Both the position numbers and the translations under genes were made by a program. The notes under the pieces are model-generated. The model searched no databases. It was not told where the DNA came from and worked only from the letters and a program-made list of their open reading frames with translations. A DNA stretch of 64,000 nucleotides from Pavona decussata (Eukaryota): NCBI GenBank assembly GCA_977016875.1, contig CDRNST010000129.1:496001-560000 (forward strand), read 5' to 3'. Positions 37,319-49,279 of the stretch are shown piece after piece; the first letter of the stretch is position 1, and each line of letters starts with the position of its first letter.

Positions 37319-40300
37319 TGTTAAGAAAAAGTTCTCCTTGAATGGTAGGCTCAAAATCCAAATTTAATCCCAATAAATAAACGGGAAAATGTTAAACAAC
37401 AAGGCGTGAAAAGAAACTACAAACTCTAGCAAAAAAAGCAAAAAAACTTGTACGCGTCAACAAAATCGTACGCGCCATAAAAATTTGAAATATCGCGCGC
37501 GTGTCACGTGATCACGCGCGCGCCAAGTTCTCCGCTAGAGGGTAGTCTCAACGTCTCAAAGAATTCAAACATCTTCCCTCCTCGGTCAGTGTTCATCATA
37601 ATCATCGAGTTCAGCAAAACACTGATCGACTTTTCGTCTCTTCATTTCACCAACAACAGCTGCCTTCCTTCTGAGTCTTTGTTCTGGATGGGTGCAAGTT
37701 GGTGAACTTGCATCTGCAACTTCCGTTGTGGTAACTTCAAGAGGATACACATTCTGTAAGGGTCTCCTGAGACGGGTACGTTTGCCTTTGTTTGAGATAA
37801 CTTCCACCGTTGCTCCTCGTACAAGACCATCGTTCCCTGGATGAACGTCTTGAACCTCTCCAAGCTTCCACGTTCCTCGGTTAGACCTTCCTTCTTCCAT
37901 CACAGTAACGATGTCTCCTAGCTGAATTGAGCGACCGGAGAAAGTTCCCTTCTTAGTCCTGTGGTGTTCTCGCAACTCTACCACGTATTCTCGCTTCCAA
38001 CAGTTCCAGAAATGGGACAGCAGTAACAGTAAATAACGCTGTCTTCTAGTGAGAAGTGAAACTTCACTTGTCTCTTCTTCGTCGACTGCAATTTCGTCAG
38101 GAATTGAAAGCAATCTTCTTCCTGTCATCAGATAAGATGGTGTGAGTGGTTCCTCAACATCTTCTGAAGACACGTACGTCAGAGGGCGGGAATTCAACAC
38201 GCATTCCACCTCGGTAACAACAGTCAATAGTTCTTCATACGACAACTTGGCATTCTTGAGAATTTTCTTCAGACAACGTTTCACAGAACGAATCAAGCGT
38301 TCAAAGAAACCACCCCACCAAGGGGCTCTTTCCAAATTAAACCTCCACTTCACCTTAAGATTCAACAGATACCTCTGTACTTCTGGCAGCTCAAACACTG
38401 AAGACAATACTCTTGCGGCGGTCTTGAAAGTTTTAGCGTTGTCTGATACAACCAACCTCGGAATACCGCGCCTACAAATAACAAGTTTGAAGCTTCTGAT
38501 GAATGTTTCAGTGCTGAGATTGGGTACCACTTCAAGATGGACGGCTCTGGTGCTTCCACAGGTAAACAGTGCAAGGTAGACCTTCTGCATATTGCTCCGC
38601 TCTTCATTTTCGCCACTCCTCACAAATAGTGGTCCAGCAAAGTCAATTCCAGTATTTGTAAAGGCAGGGTTCTCTTCCACGCGGAATTGAGGCAATGGTG
38701 CAGTTGGCGGGACGGCATAATGCTTGCCTTCGGTCTTCTTACAATTCACACATTTCGATATTACCTTTCGAACAGTTTGTCTTCCCCTTGTGGCCCAAAA
38801 TCGAGATCTCAGTTCCGTTAAAGTTTCCTTAACACCATTGTGTAGCACTCGCTGATGGCAGTCATCGATAATAAGCACTGTCAAATGATGGTCAACTGGC
38901 AAAAGAATAGGAAGTTTAGCATCAAACGGTATGGATGCGTTTTGCAATCTTCCCCTGCATCTGAGTAATCCATTGTCATCTGAGTACAAGCCAAGTTGTT
39001 GCTTCAAATTCTCGAATCTTGGGGACCTGACTACAGCTTTCTGCATTTCCTTCAACCACAAGATTTTCACAGATTCACATTCTTCATTACTGAGCGGTCC
39101 GACTAGTTTTTCTTTAGTCTCCTTTGACCTTGTGTTACGCAGAAATCGGAGTACAAAGGCAGTTACTCTGATTAGGCGTTTGAAGTCGCCAAATTTGTTA
39201 GGGTCCAATACACTGGACAGACTTGGGATTCTGCTTTCCACAACGAGTCCAGTAGAATGAATCAGCTTACTCTTCGGTTTGTCGCTGGGACGCATCTCAT
39301 CATAGTAGTCACGTGACAATTCAGTGACATCTGCTGGGCTGGGCCACTTATCCTTTCCTTCGAGCAGCCAAGGGGGTCCATGCCACCAAATTTCAGACTC
39401 TTGTAAGGCCTCCGCACTCATTCCACGGGATGGCAAATCAGCTGGGTTTTCATAACCTGGGCACTGGTTCCACGATTCAGATGGGATCAGTTGTCGAATT
39501 TCTTTGACTCTGTTCTGCACAAACTGCTTGTACTCTCTATCGACTCCCTTTATCCAGTGCAGTGTCGTCATGGAGTCAGTCCAGCAGAAAACTTCATTAA
39601 TTTGAGCTATCGGTTGAAGCGCCTCTCTCATACGCTGGACTAGCCTTGCTAATATCAACGCAGCTAAAAGCTCAAGTCGTGGGATTGTTGGTTTCGTCAG
39701 GGGTGCAACTCTAGTTTTGCTCATGATAGGCCGGGTCGAGATGCCTTTAATCGTCTCGATTCTTAAATATACGGTAGCAGCGTAGGCGACTTCTGAACTG
39801 TCTCCAAAACCATGGATTTGCAGAGAGGTTACTTGATCTCTAATGTTGTGGAAATAGCATCTGTCAATCGAAATAGACTGAACTCTCATCAGATCTGACA
39901 ACCAACTTGTGTACTTGAAGTTCAGTTCATCACAAATAGGTTCGTCCCAGTCAGTCTTTAATTTGCACAAATCTTGAAAGAGGATCTTGACTGTGATAAA
40001 CAGTGGAGATATGAAACCGAGAGGATCGTAAAGTTTAGCGACGACTCTAAGAACTGATCGTTTGGTCAATGGCAAGTCTTTAGCGAAGTTAACCAGCCAA
40101 TCAAAACGTAGAATGAAGGCATCTCTTGTTATGTCCCAGTTCAGACCAAGAACCTTTCTCTCTTCAGATGTTTTGCCTTTCATTCCAAGATGAGTTGTCG
40201 CGTATGTTTGATCTTCTTCTGCTACTGTAGCAGCCTCTGTGATTGGAACGCCTTCCTCGTGATCAATCCACTGCATCAGCTTCTGTCAATTTGAAATCCA

Positions 40301-43300
40301 CTTTCTCAAATTGAATCCTCCATCTTTCATTCTAGATCTTGCCTTCGAATAGAGTTCGAAGGCCTCGGAATCATTGTCCTTTCCCCCGTTGAAATCATCC
40401 ACATAGAGAGAGAGTTCAGGAATTCGTTTGCGAACTGAGGATCGTCTGATTCATAGCTTGTGACGTGGTGTCTTATCGTGCCATTTAGGAGAAAGGGTGA
40501 ACTCGTGACGCCAAACACAACTCGGTTAAAACGCTTGAGAACAATTTTGGGGACTTGACTTGTAGGGTCATCTACCCACAGGAAACGTAAGACATCTCGG
40601 TCGGGCTCTGCAACCCCTACCATTAAGAAGGCTTTCTCTATGTCGGCTGAAAAGGCAATGCGATGATATCTGAAACGCATGAGGACGTCAGATATGTCAG
40701 AGAGTAAAGATGGGCCTGCATATAGACATTCGTTGAGGGACGGGCCAGTAGACGTCGTCTGTTTATCTTCGCGTATAACTGGATGGTGTGGCAAGTAATG
40801 GAGGCGACCAACCTTGATTTCAGAGTTAGAATCAACTTCAGAAATTATTCCTTTGGACGACTGTTCTTCTATTATTCTGTTGTATTCGGCGAGCAATTCA
40901 GGGTTTCTTCTCAGACGCTTCAAGACAGAATTTAGGCGTGAGACTGCAACTTCATAGTTGTCTGGTAGCAAAGGGTGATGTTCCTTCCACGGTAAAGATA
41001 CTTCATAGCGGCCATCGCGATTGTGAATCGTATCCAAGAACTTGTCATGAACAGATGCTTCGTTTGCTAACACGCCAATGCTCTCTAACTCCCAGAATGT
41101 CTTCATTTCCTCCACTAGCGGGTCTCCGTGTTTTTCCTCTGAAACAGCCTCGGAAGGGTGCGACGTGTCAAGTCTCAGAGTGTGGCAGGTTGTTAGATTC
41201 ACTTCAGATTCAGAACTCAGTTCTTGGGGTAAGGGACCGGATAGTACCCATCCTAGAGTCGTTTTCATGGCGACAGGACCAAATTCCCCCCGTTTCAGAT
41301 CTCCGGTAAAGAAACACCAATAGATGTCATTTCCAATCAAGATATTCACTTCTGAGCCGCAATCCACGACTGGGCAATCCGCGAGTTCTAAATCAACCAA
41401 ATGTCTGTAAGACTGTTGGGCAAGTTGCACTGATTGATCCTTTAGAGGGCTGCAAATTAGGGGAACTACATTCGCAGTCATCTGAACTGTCGAGCTGTCT
41501 ACACCAAGTCCATTGACACAGAATTCAACGACATCGCATTCTTTCAGTTGCTCCTTCTTGTCCGAAAGTCTTGATAAGAAGCTTCTCGGATTTTACAGCG
41601 GATAGATTAAGCTTGTTCCTAGCACGTTCGGTCATATAGCTTCGCTGACTTCCACTATCAAACAAGATTCGCATAGTGCGACCAGTGTGTAGCTGATTAA
41701 CGCTAGACACCTTGCCAATAGCAGTTTGCAGAAGGACAGATGTATTCGAGTTTACGTACACGGTTGTTAAAGACTTCCTTTCCTGGACTCCCTCTTGACG
41801 CGCAGTTGTACATTTGGCTTTATTGCAAATCGACACGTGATGTTTTCCTGAGCAATCATGACACGTGCTGCTAGAAGGGCAATTCAGGCCACATGACTGC
41901 GGCGCAAGCACAAGAAACAACGCCCCTGTTGTTTTAATAGATTTCTTCTAGCTCCAATATCAGTGATTGTGGTACAACGTGCGCTGGGGTGCTTCTGTCT
42001 GCAGTACGTACAACTCACAGACCTCTCTTCTGATTGTGTTACTAAGGTAGATGCGGTAGAGGGGCCTGACCTACCCTTAATAAATCTCCCGACATTCAAC
42101 TTCACTGGGATCACAGCTGGTTCAGACAAGTTATTTCCAATCAGTTCACAGCGCTCCCTTGCTTCAATTTCGCTGTCAAAATCCCTTAAGAGTACATCTA
42201 AGTCCCACTGTTCTTTATCTATGGACCTTGAAATTGTTAAGGGCAGATTTGCTGGTAGTTTCTCCATCAGAAGGGGTATAAACAACTTCCCATAAGATTC
42301 ACTTTCCACCCCTATAGCTTGAAGAGCGCGAATGTGGGCCTCAACTTGATCGTAAAGCTCCCTTAGACGTTTCAAGTTACTGTCAAATGCTACTGCTGCT
42401 ATCTTAACGAGACACTCCATATGTGCATCGATAATAACTTGTGGTTGCCCGAAACGCTTCATTAGAATGTTTTTCGCCGCTTCATAATTATCGGCTATTA
42501 AAGGAAGACCACGAATGGCTGCGGCGGCCGTACCGTACCCACTAAGGTTTTAAGATAGTTGAACTTATGAACATCTGACAGCGCTTGGTTCTCGTCCACA
42601 GCACTTACGAATGAATCCCAAAAGGGAGAGAAAAGGATGGGATCCCCATGGAACTTTTTCAGAGAAATCTTAGGTAGTTTTGCCTTTACCCCTAGGCCAT
42701 AACTAAACGAATTAGAAGTAACAGAATGAGAGTTGGACTTATCTGAATTGTTCTCCACTTCTGCAAGGAGCACCTCGTCTATCTTCACCATCATTTCATG
42801 AATAGACTCTCTGAAATTTCCTGTTTCTTCTATTTCTGCTTCGATTTGATCCTCTTTAAGTAGACTGAGGATTTCGTCATCTAGACTTCCAAGAATCTTG
42901 AGTTTCTCTTCAAGAGCAATCCGATATGTTTTCAACTGATTAACCACGGTGGGCTCGAAACGGTCGAGTAGAGATTGAATCCTTTCCAGAGTTTTTGTGA
43001 CATATCCCTTATGTCCTCCTCGAATTTTCTTGTTCTTTTTCAGATCTTCGTCCCCCATTTTGTAGATGAAATCCTCTTCAGACGGCGACTTGTCGCTTCT
43101 CGATGAAAGTATCTGAAATAATCCTTAGACGGCGAGTTGTCGCTTCTCGATAAAAAATTCTCAGAAATTCTTCTTTAGACGGCGACCATTCGCTTCCTGG
43201 GTCTCGGCACCATGTTAAGAAAAAGTTCTCCTTGAATGGTAGGCTCAAACTCCAAATTTAATCCCAATAAATAAACGGGAAAATGGAAAACAACAAAGCG

Positions 43301-43465
43301 TGAAAAGAAACTACAAACTCTAGCAAAAAAAGCAAAAAAACTTGTACGCGTCAACAAAATCGTACGCGCCATAAAAATTTGAAATATCGCGCGCGTGTCA
43401 CGTGATCACGCGCGCGCCAAGTTCTCCGCTAGGGGGTAGTCTCAACGTCTCAAAGAATTGCGACA
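37319..43465 (-). mobile_element. BEL/Pao LTR retrotransposon, near full length, frameshifted
   Basis: LTRs 37319-37571 and 43213-~43465 (5 substitutions by eye over ~247 bp); PBS TGGTGCCGAGACCCAGG; PPT ccgaggagggaaga; gag, protease LFDSGSQRSY, RT, Pao RNase H (TIPRLEL), integrase (IDFAGP, APWWGGFFER). Confidence 0.95.
37586..40276 (-). CDS. BEL/Pao pol C-terminal part (RNase H, integrase), 896-aa open frame
   Basis: RKVLGLNWD, YDPLGFISP, KTRVAP, TIPRLEL, ENPADLPSRG, RAVHLE, LNSRPL. Confidence 0.85.
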   Translation of the reverse strand: MQWIDHEEGVPITEAATVAEEDQTYATTHLGMKGKTSEERKVLGLNWDITRDAFILRFDWLVNFAKDLPLTKRSVLRVVAKLYDPLGFISPLFITVKILFQDLCKLKTDWDEPICDELNFKYTSWLSDLMRVQSISIDRCYFHNIRDQVTSLQIHGFGDSSEVAYAATVYLRIETIKGISTRPIMSKTRVAPLTKPTIPRLELLAALILARLVQRMREALQPIAQINEVFCWTDSMTTLHWIKGVDREYKQFVQNRVKEIRQLIPSESWNQCPGYENPADLPSRGMSAEALQESEIWWHGPPWLLEGKDKWPSPADVTELSRDYYDEMRPSDKPKSKLIHSTGLVVESRIPSLSSVLDPNKFGDFKRLIRVTAFVLRFLRNTRSKETKEKLVGPLSNEECESVKILWLKEMQKAVVRSPRFENLKQQLGLYSDDNGLLRCRGRLQNASIPFDAKLPILLPVDHHLTVLIIDDCHQRVLHNGVKETLTELRSRFWATRGRQTVRKVISKCVNCKKTEGKHYAVPPTAPLPQFRVEENPAFTNTGIDFAGPLFVRSGENEERSNMQKVYLALFTCGSTRAVHLEVVPNLSTETFIRSFKLVICRRGIPRLVVSDNAKTFKTAARVLSSVFELPEVQRYLLNLKVKWRFNLERAPWWGGFFERLIRSVKRCLKKILKNAKLSYEELLTVVTEVECVLNSRPLTYVSSEDVEEPLTPSYLMTGRRLLSIPDEIAVDEEETSEVSLLTRRQRYLLLLLSHFWNCWKREYVVELREHHRTKKGTFSGRSIQLGDIVTVMEEGRSNRGTWKLGEVQDVHPGNDGLVRGATVEVISNKGKRTRLRRPLQNVYPLEVTTTEVADASSPTCTHPEQRLRRKAAVVGEMKRRKVDQCFAELDDYDEH

Positions 43466-43645
43466 GCGACATGATATTTCAGTTCTCTTGTTCGTTGTTC
43501 GTAGTCACGCGCTATGACGTGGACGGATGTCTAAATTTGGGCCCATCCGAAATCGGCTACCACGTGCATTTGGTAGACTACTCGACTCGCGTTGGTTGTT
43601 CTACTTTTTGCTGTGCTACACCTTGCTGACGAGAGCGGAAATTTT

Positions 43646-44313
43646 AGTCAATTCCAACAGTGCCCATCCCACCCCCACCACCAAGACCGGAATTAGGATT
43701 TTTGGAAAATTAACTAGCAAATGCCCCACCGCCGGGACAAAATAGTTGTTCAAATGCCCCGGGGTTGTGGTTCAAATATGTTTTATTTTCTTCATTTCTA
43801 GTCGTCTTGCTTTCAGTAAAATCTAAGCTAATTTAGGCCAAATTAAGTCCTAGCTGGGTCTTATTTCCCATAGTTGGTGTAAAAAATAGGTCATTCTACA
43901 GCTCTAGCGTCCCATTTATGTCCTATCCAGACATATTCAATAAGAAATTTGCTGTATTTACTAGTGAGTTTGCCATTAAAAGTAGCGACAATGCTGTAAC
44001 GTGAAAAAAGTGAGATGGTCAAATTCCCCGGGTTGGACCATTTGCGAGTTGCTTTGAACCTCATTATAAAAGCGAGGCTTAGTGCAAAGTTTTTGTTATG
44101 AAAATTAGTTTTCATTTATATGCAAACAAAACTAATTTCCATATGAAAACTTTTGCACTTAGCTTCGCTTTCACAGTGAGGCTCACAACAACTCGGAAAT
44201 GGCCTATTGGGTGTAAGGCTAATGCCCGACCCCCGGGATGGACAGTGTGGGAAAATGACCCACTATTTCCCGGGAGGGAAAGGGATGGGAATAGCTGGAA
44301 TTGACTCAAGCAT
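43646..44313. mobile_element. MITE with nested palindromic MITE (44034-44206)
   Basis: agtcaattccaacagtgcccatccc / gggatgggaatagctggaattgact; inner hairpin gaccatttgcgagttg...caactcggaaatggcc; same family restarts at ~63920. Confidence 0.65.
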
Positions 44314-45040
44314 TAATAAAAGAAAAAGAAAGTTTTCACGCGCGGAAACATATGAAGAGGAGATAAACCAGACTGAAGAGGTCTAAATCTGCCTGAGATG
44401 AGATGGGATCCATTCTCTACTAATACATTTCCTCTTAAACCAGCTTTCCTTCGCTTTGTTTAACCTGGACACCTGGACAGGCTAGGCATTTCGCTTAAAA
44501 AGGTTCAGTGGAAAAAAACAGCTGAAGGGTTGACTAGTTTTTACTCCGTAACATCTTTCTATTAATGCGTAAATGCTGTTGATGCGTCTTTCGCTCGTCA
44601 TCTACGTAAACACGATCGAAAGCGTTGGTAACAACGGTTGAAAGGATGAAGCTTTTAAAAACACATCCTTTTCATCGCAAACGGGCGAAAATAGAGCTCC
44701 TTTTAGGCAGGGATCATCCGCTTAGCACTGATCTACGCTGTTTAGGCCTAAGCTATACTTTGAGGTGTTAAACTTCTTTATTGTTTGAAGCACACAATAG
44801 AAGCACACCTCTCGTAGCTACCAGATTTTCTCAATGCGAAAGTTTTTCAGGAAATCTGGCGTATTGCCGAATTTACTAGGCTAATATTACAGTGAAAAGT
44901 TCATCAGTAATAGAGATGTGAATAAAAAAAATTATTCGCCAAAATTATACTCTCTTTGTAAGAGTTTGCTAAAACAATTGCTAGCACAATCGAAAAAGGC
45001 CTCCAACATTCCCATGCGCGCGCACTGCGGTATGTCGTGT

Positions 45041-46381
45041 TTAGACGCTGAACAGCAGTTCAGGAAACTGTCCCCGCGTAATGCTTGTTCCATTTAAACA
45101 GTATTTACTGTTCGTAAAAGTAATTGTTACGCCTGGATATTTCACTGATTTAAAGCCATTTCCACCGCTACAAGAATCGGAGCCAGTGATCGAAGCTTCT
45201 ATGGAGTATGTTGTGAATCTTTTAAGGTTAACAACCGTGTCAAAAAACACCTCAAAACCTTGATATTGACGTAGCTTGCTCTGCAAAACACCGGACGAAA
45301 ACCATCCAGCTTTGGACGCCAAAACGGATTTATTCTCGGCGTTTTTTACCTCCAAAATAACCCAGTAACTGTTGTTTTCCCTGCCAAAGAAGCTGACACC
45401 ATGTAGCGTAACATCTCTGTCCGCAGACAGGTTGATGCAGTCTTTTAAAGAATCATTTTTCCAGCTGTTGCAGACGGACACCGAACCAAATCTACAACAT
45501 CGTTGAATGTCACCGAGAAAGCCCGACCTTTTGATGTCTGGGAATCCTACAGGACAAGTTAACACTGAATTGATGTGTTGGACGACACGGACAATTTCTT
45601 CGGTGGTTAAAATCTTGCTGTCTAAGGCGGCCGTAGCAAAGTCCACTTGCTCCATCGTCGGAAAGCGTATGGCTTTGACAATTCTTTCGCCAAGAATTCC
45701 TCTTTTCATTGTACCATCTGCTGTTAAACCTTGCCTCTCACACTCCCCTTTTGCCCATAAATCTACAGCACAAAATAAGTCAACCTCTTTTATGTTCAAA
45801 GTGTCCCTCGCAACAATTGCTTCAAGTAAGGACCTCTCAATTGTCGTAAATCCGTTCCCAGGCTTCGCAACCTCTTTCGTCTGTTGATCTATTACTCGCC
45901 AACAGCATTCCACCAAATATTTCTCTTCATATTTCTGTGCAGATGGCAGAATGCTGAAGACATTTGACGGATCTAAATTCTCTTGCAGATATTTGGTGCA
46001 TTTCTCAGCCAGAGAAGGCACCATGTATTTCTTCGCCAAATACAATACTCCCATCGCATTGCTTCCGCTCAAATTCACTTCATCGCTGTAGATGTAACGA
46101 AACAGCTCTAAAAGACTCTCGTACTCACAGTCAGGCCGTCCAATAGAGTTTCTAGTATCCGCTAGCTCACCGTAAAACATGGCTTCAAACACAGGACTGC
46201 CAATCGACAGCACAAACTTGTGAGCTGGAATCACTTGCTTACTTTCACTTTCACCATCGCTCTGACGAACCACAAACTTCACATCGCTAAAGAGATCGTT
46301 GTTGAGCATGAACATGGTTCTTTCTCTGACGGTGGTTCTTGTTTTTTGCCAGTTTATTACAGAAGCAGACATGGCATACAT
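45041..46381 (-). CDS. BTBD6-like: BTB/POZ-BACK-PHR protein, copy 6 (446 aa, divergent subtype)
   Basis: Full ORF; different 5' flank; PHR keeps canonical W and NGTSITRGQFP. Confidence 0.9.
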   Translation of the reverse strand: MYAMSASVINWQKTRTTVRERTMFMLNNDLFSDVKFVVRQSDGESESKQVIPAHKFVLSIGSPVFEAMFYGELADTRNSIGRPDCEYESLLELFRYIYSDEVNLSGSNAMGVLYLAKKYMVPSLAEKCTKYLQENLDPSNVFSILPSAQKYEEKYLVECCWRVIDQQTKEVAKPGNGFTTIERSLLEAIVARDTLNIKEVDLFCAVDLWAKGECERQGLTADGTMKRGILGERIVKAIRFPTMEQVDFATAALDSKILTTEEIVRVVQHINSVLTCPVGFPDIKRSGFLGDIQRCCRFGSVSVCNSWKNDSLKDCINLSADRDVTLHGVSFFGRENNSYWVILEVKNAENKSVLASKAGWFSSGVLQSKLRQYQGFEVFFDTVVNLKRFTTYSIEASITGSDSCSGGNGFKSVKYPGVTITFTNSKYCLNGTSITRGQFPELLFSV

Positions 46382-47590
46382 AAAATCTTATCGACATTCA
46401 GTTGTAGAGAACCTTTAAAGTTCGTGAAAATTAGTTTGCCAGGCCGCGCTCGTCGATCTGTAGTTTAGTGTTATCGATGGGCGGAAACAACGCTATGCTG
46501 TTCTCGTTCCATCGTTCCAAACCCTCAAGACAATTCCATATTAAATTACTGACGAGAATTCAATGTATTTCACACACTTATGCCGTCGTGAATGAAGACA
46601 ATTACATATCCATCCGTCATAGTATAAATATCAGGCCTTGTTTTAATCAGGCTTACGCGAGAGATAGCAATCTGCGCAAAGATTTCCACACAGCACACAT
46701 TATTATGTATACATTTTTCCATTCAAACTTTGGCTCAGAGAATTAGTATGACAGTGATGCGCGTATAATTAAATGTGGAAGCTGTGCAGAAATCCCTCCG
46801 CAATCTGTTCCTGAGACCGAGCAACCTTTGAAAATAGTATATTGAGAATTGTAAGAGTAAAATATCACAGTTTTCTTGGGCATTTTTAAGATTTTAGGGT
46901 GCCTTTTCGAAATTTTTTGCGAAAGACTCCAGTATCAACCTGAGTCAGACGCTTCTTTAGCACACATGACGACTGAGACTTTTGAAATGTTCAAACGTCC
47001 TGGTTTTGAATTGATTCTGAGAATAGAAATGTCCCGCATGGAAACATTAACGGTTACCCAAACTAATTGAGAGGAAAACTCTATTCATAAACTAACCGCT
47101 TTAACTTCGCGTACCTCTAATAAAATACGTGAAACTGAGTGGTGAATCGACACTGGATTACACCGGACTGCCGTTAATTATGAATCTACTTTTTTATATA
47201 ATAAATTAACTCTCCACAAAAATATGTATGTTACAACAAGCCTATACTTAACTATTTCTGTTTGCCCAATTAGTTTACACATCTCGTTAATTCCCCTTTA
47301 AGTGGTAATTTCCGCGACCTTAATTAAGCAAGGCGTTGATTTCCGTGGCGCTTATTTCTGCCATGTTCACCCCAAATGTTGAATTCTGTCGGGCAGCGCA
47401 CAGGCACCTCAACCACTGACATACCATTATTCACTCTGAGCCGAATGCGACCCTATAAATGATGTCAAACTTTGGCTGCTCCTATTTGTTGTTTCCAATT
47501 TTTAAGAGTTTGGTGTCAGCTGATGCTAGAATCTAACACAGATGTTTTTGTTTTGAACGACATGGAGGGAGACACGAATCACCAAAACAG

Positions 47591-47734
47591 TAGCCTGCGA
47601 ACAAACTCTCTGTTAGGTCAGCCGCGAAAGAATTGTAGGTGAACGAAACGAGCAGCGAGAGGATCGCGGCTCGCTTGGCGGCTTACCTAAAATCCTTTCG
47701 CGGCTGATCTAACAGAGAGCTTGTTCGCAGGCTA
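47591..47734. mobile_element. Short MITE (TAGCCT...AGGCTA)
   Basis: tagcctgcgaacaaactctctgttag / ctaacagagagcttgttcgcaggcta; TSD ccaaaacag/ccaaaagag. Confidence 0.8.
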
Positions 47735-48470
47735 CCAAAAGAGAGACCTCGGAGTGTAGCCGTAAGGCAACCCTTGCTCCAGTGAACCTTCGGCTTTCTA
47801 TTTTCGGTCCGGGGAGTCCGAATACCGGCGAAGAAATTAGTTTTTTCCCTCGCTGTGAAAATGGTTTCGGGGCTGGAACATGCGGCAAGGGTATAAGGAG
47901 TGCAAACAGCAAAATGTTTGCCTCGGTAACACCGGTATGCTTTCAACGTAATTCGGTAAAAATTCATCCTCATCCGGAGGGGGGGGGGGGGGGGAAGGGG
48001 GAGGGGGGCAATCGGGACGGAGGATTTTACGGGCGGAAAATCAAGACTAGCGAAGTTCCAGCCAGTCCCGACTTTCGCCCGTGAAATCTTCGCCCCATCC
48101 CTACTATCTCCCCTGGGTCTCGGGGGATGGTAAAGTTTATGGACCCTCAGTCGAGGCTCGCGATGTTTCTGTTGAACCAACAGACATGAACGCATCAATT
48201 CTTCAGTACAATCAGATTTAATGGCAATAATAAGTTCGTATAAACACGGCACGCGAACAAAAACAACCAGCCAAATCTTTTGTTCTGGTAACAAAGCAAC
48301 CTGTCAAAAACAGGCATCGTTAGCTTTTTACTTGTCTTTTTGTTGAAAAACGTAGCTTTTTGTTATCTATCTATTTATTTTGTTTTTCTTGTTTTTTACT
48401 ATTATAATGACGAACATTCGTTTGAAATGTTCTGATCGACAATTAAAATACTTACCTGTCAGAATAATAG

Positions 48471-48981
48471 TACCCTGCTAACAGAGCGTTTCTTTCTGGC
48501 AAGTGTTTTAACATATACGACGTCGTTCGCGTCTCTGGTATTTTGTAGTTGGCTTGTTTAGCTTTTTAAAGTCAGCGACACACCTGGCGATTTTATACGC
48601 TGATCGCGGCGAATTTGATCGCCAGCGAAAATCGCGAGCGATTTTGCCACCGATTGATGAGGGCACGCTTAGCGAATTTTTCGCCGATCGCGGCGATGTG
48701 GCAGTTTTGAAAAGTCATGTAATAAAATCGTCCAACCAGATGGGTTGGCTTTACTGGCGACTCGCAGGAATGATTGTAGAAAATCGCGGGAACGAGCACA
48801 CTTGGCGAATTTATTCGCCGGTCGGCGATCGCAATCGCTGCACCGAGCACGCCTGGCGATTTTCGCCGATCGGCGTATAAAATCGCCAAGTGTGTCGCCA
48901 ACTACGCAAAACACCAGAGACGTGAACGACTTCGTGCACGCTAAAAGACTTGCCAGAAAGAAACGCTCCGCTAGCAGGCTA
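48471..48981. mobile_element. Nested palindromic MITEs
   Basis: Outer cctgctaacagagcgtttctttctggcaag / cttgccagaaagaaacgctccgctagcagg; inner gcgacacacctggcgattttatacgc / gcgtataaaatcgccaagtgtgtcgc. Confidence 0.75.
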
Positions 48982-49042
48982 GAATGTAGAGCCCACATTG
49001 GGCCTTTAAACGTGCTACATTTGTAATCTTGATTATGTGCCA

Positions 49043-49226
49043 TTAAATGGAAAACAATAATTCGGGAAATTGCCCGCAAGATACGTTCGATGCACTTTCA
49101 GAATATTCCCTGTTGAAAAAATCAAATCTTACATCTGAACACGAAACTGATTCAATCCCAAAGTTACCCATACATCGAACAAGGACCAGTTATTTTTGCC
49201 TTTACGCAATAGGTGGCGTTCTTTTC
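49043..49226 (-). pseudogene. Orphan PHR C-terminal remnant of an additional BTB-PHR paralog
   Basis: KNATYCVKAKITGPCS(frameshift)CMGNFGIESVSCSDVRFDFFNREYSESASNVSCGQFPELLFSI*. Confidence 0.8.
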
Positions 49227-49279
49227 TTGTATTCGTCTTGCGATTTCTTGTATGCGAATCTCAGCTTTTCTTTGTTGGA

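Noticed and set aside
47683-49079. 203-aa and 136-aa ORFs
   Set aside because: Run through GC-rich palindromic MITEs; no coding signature
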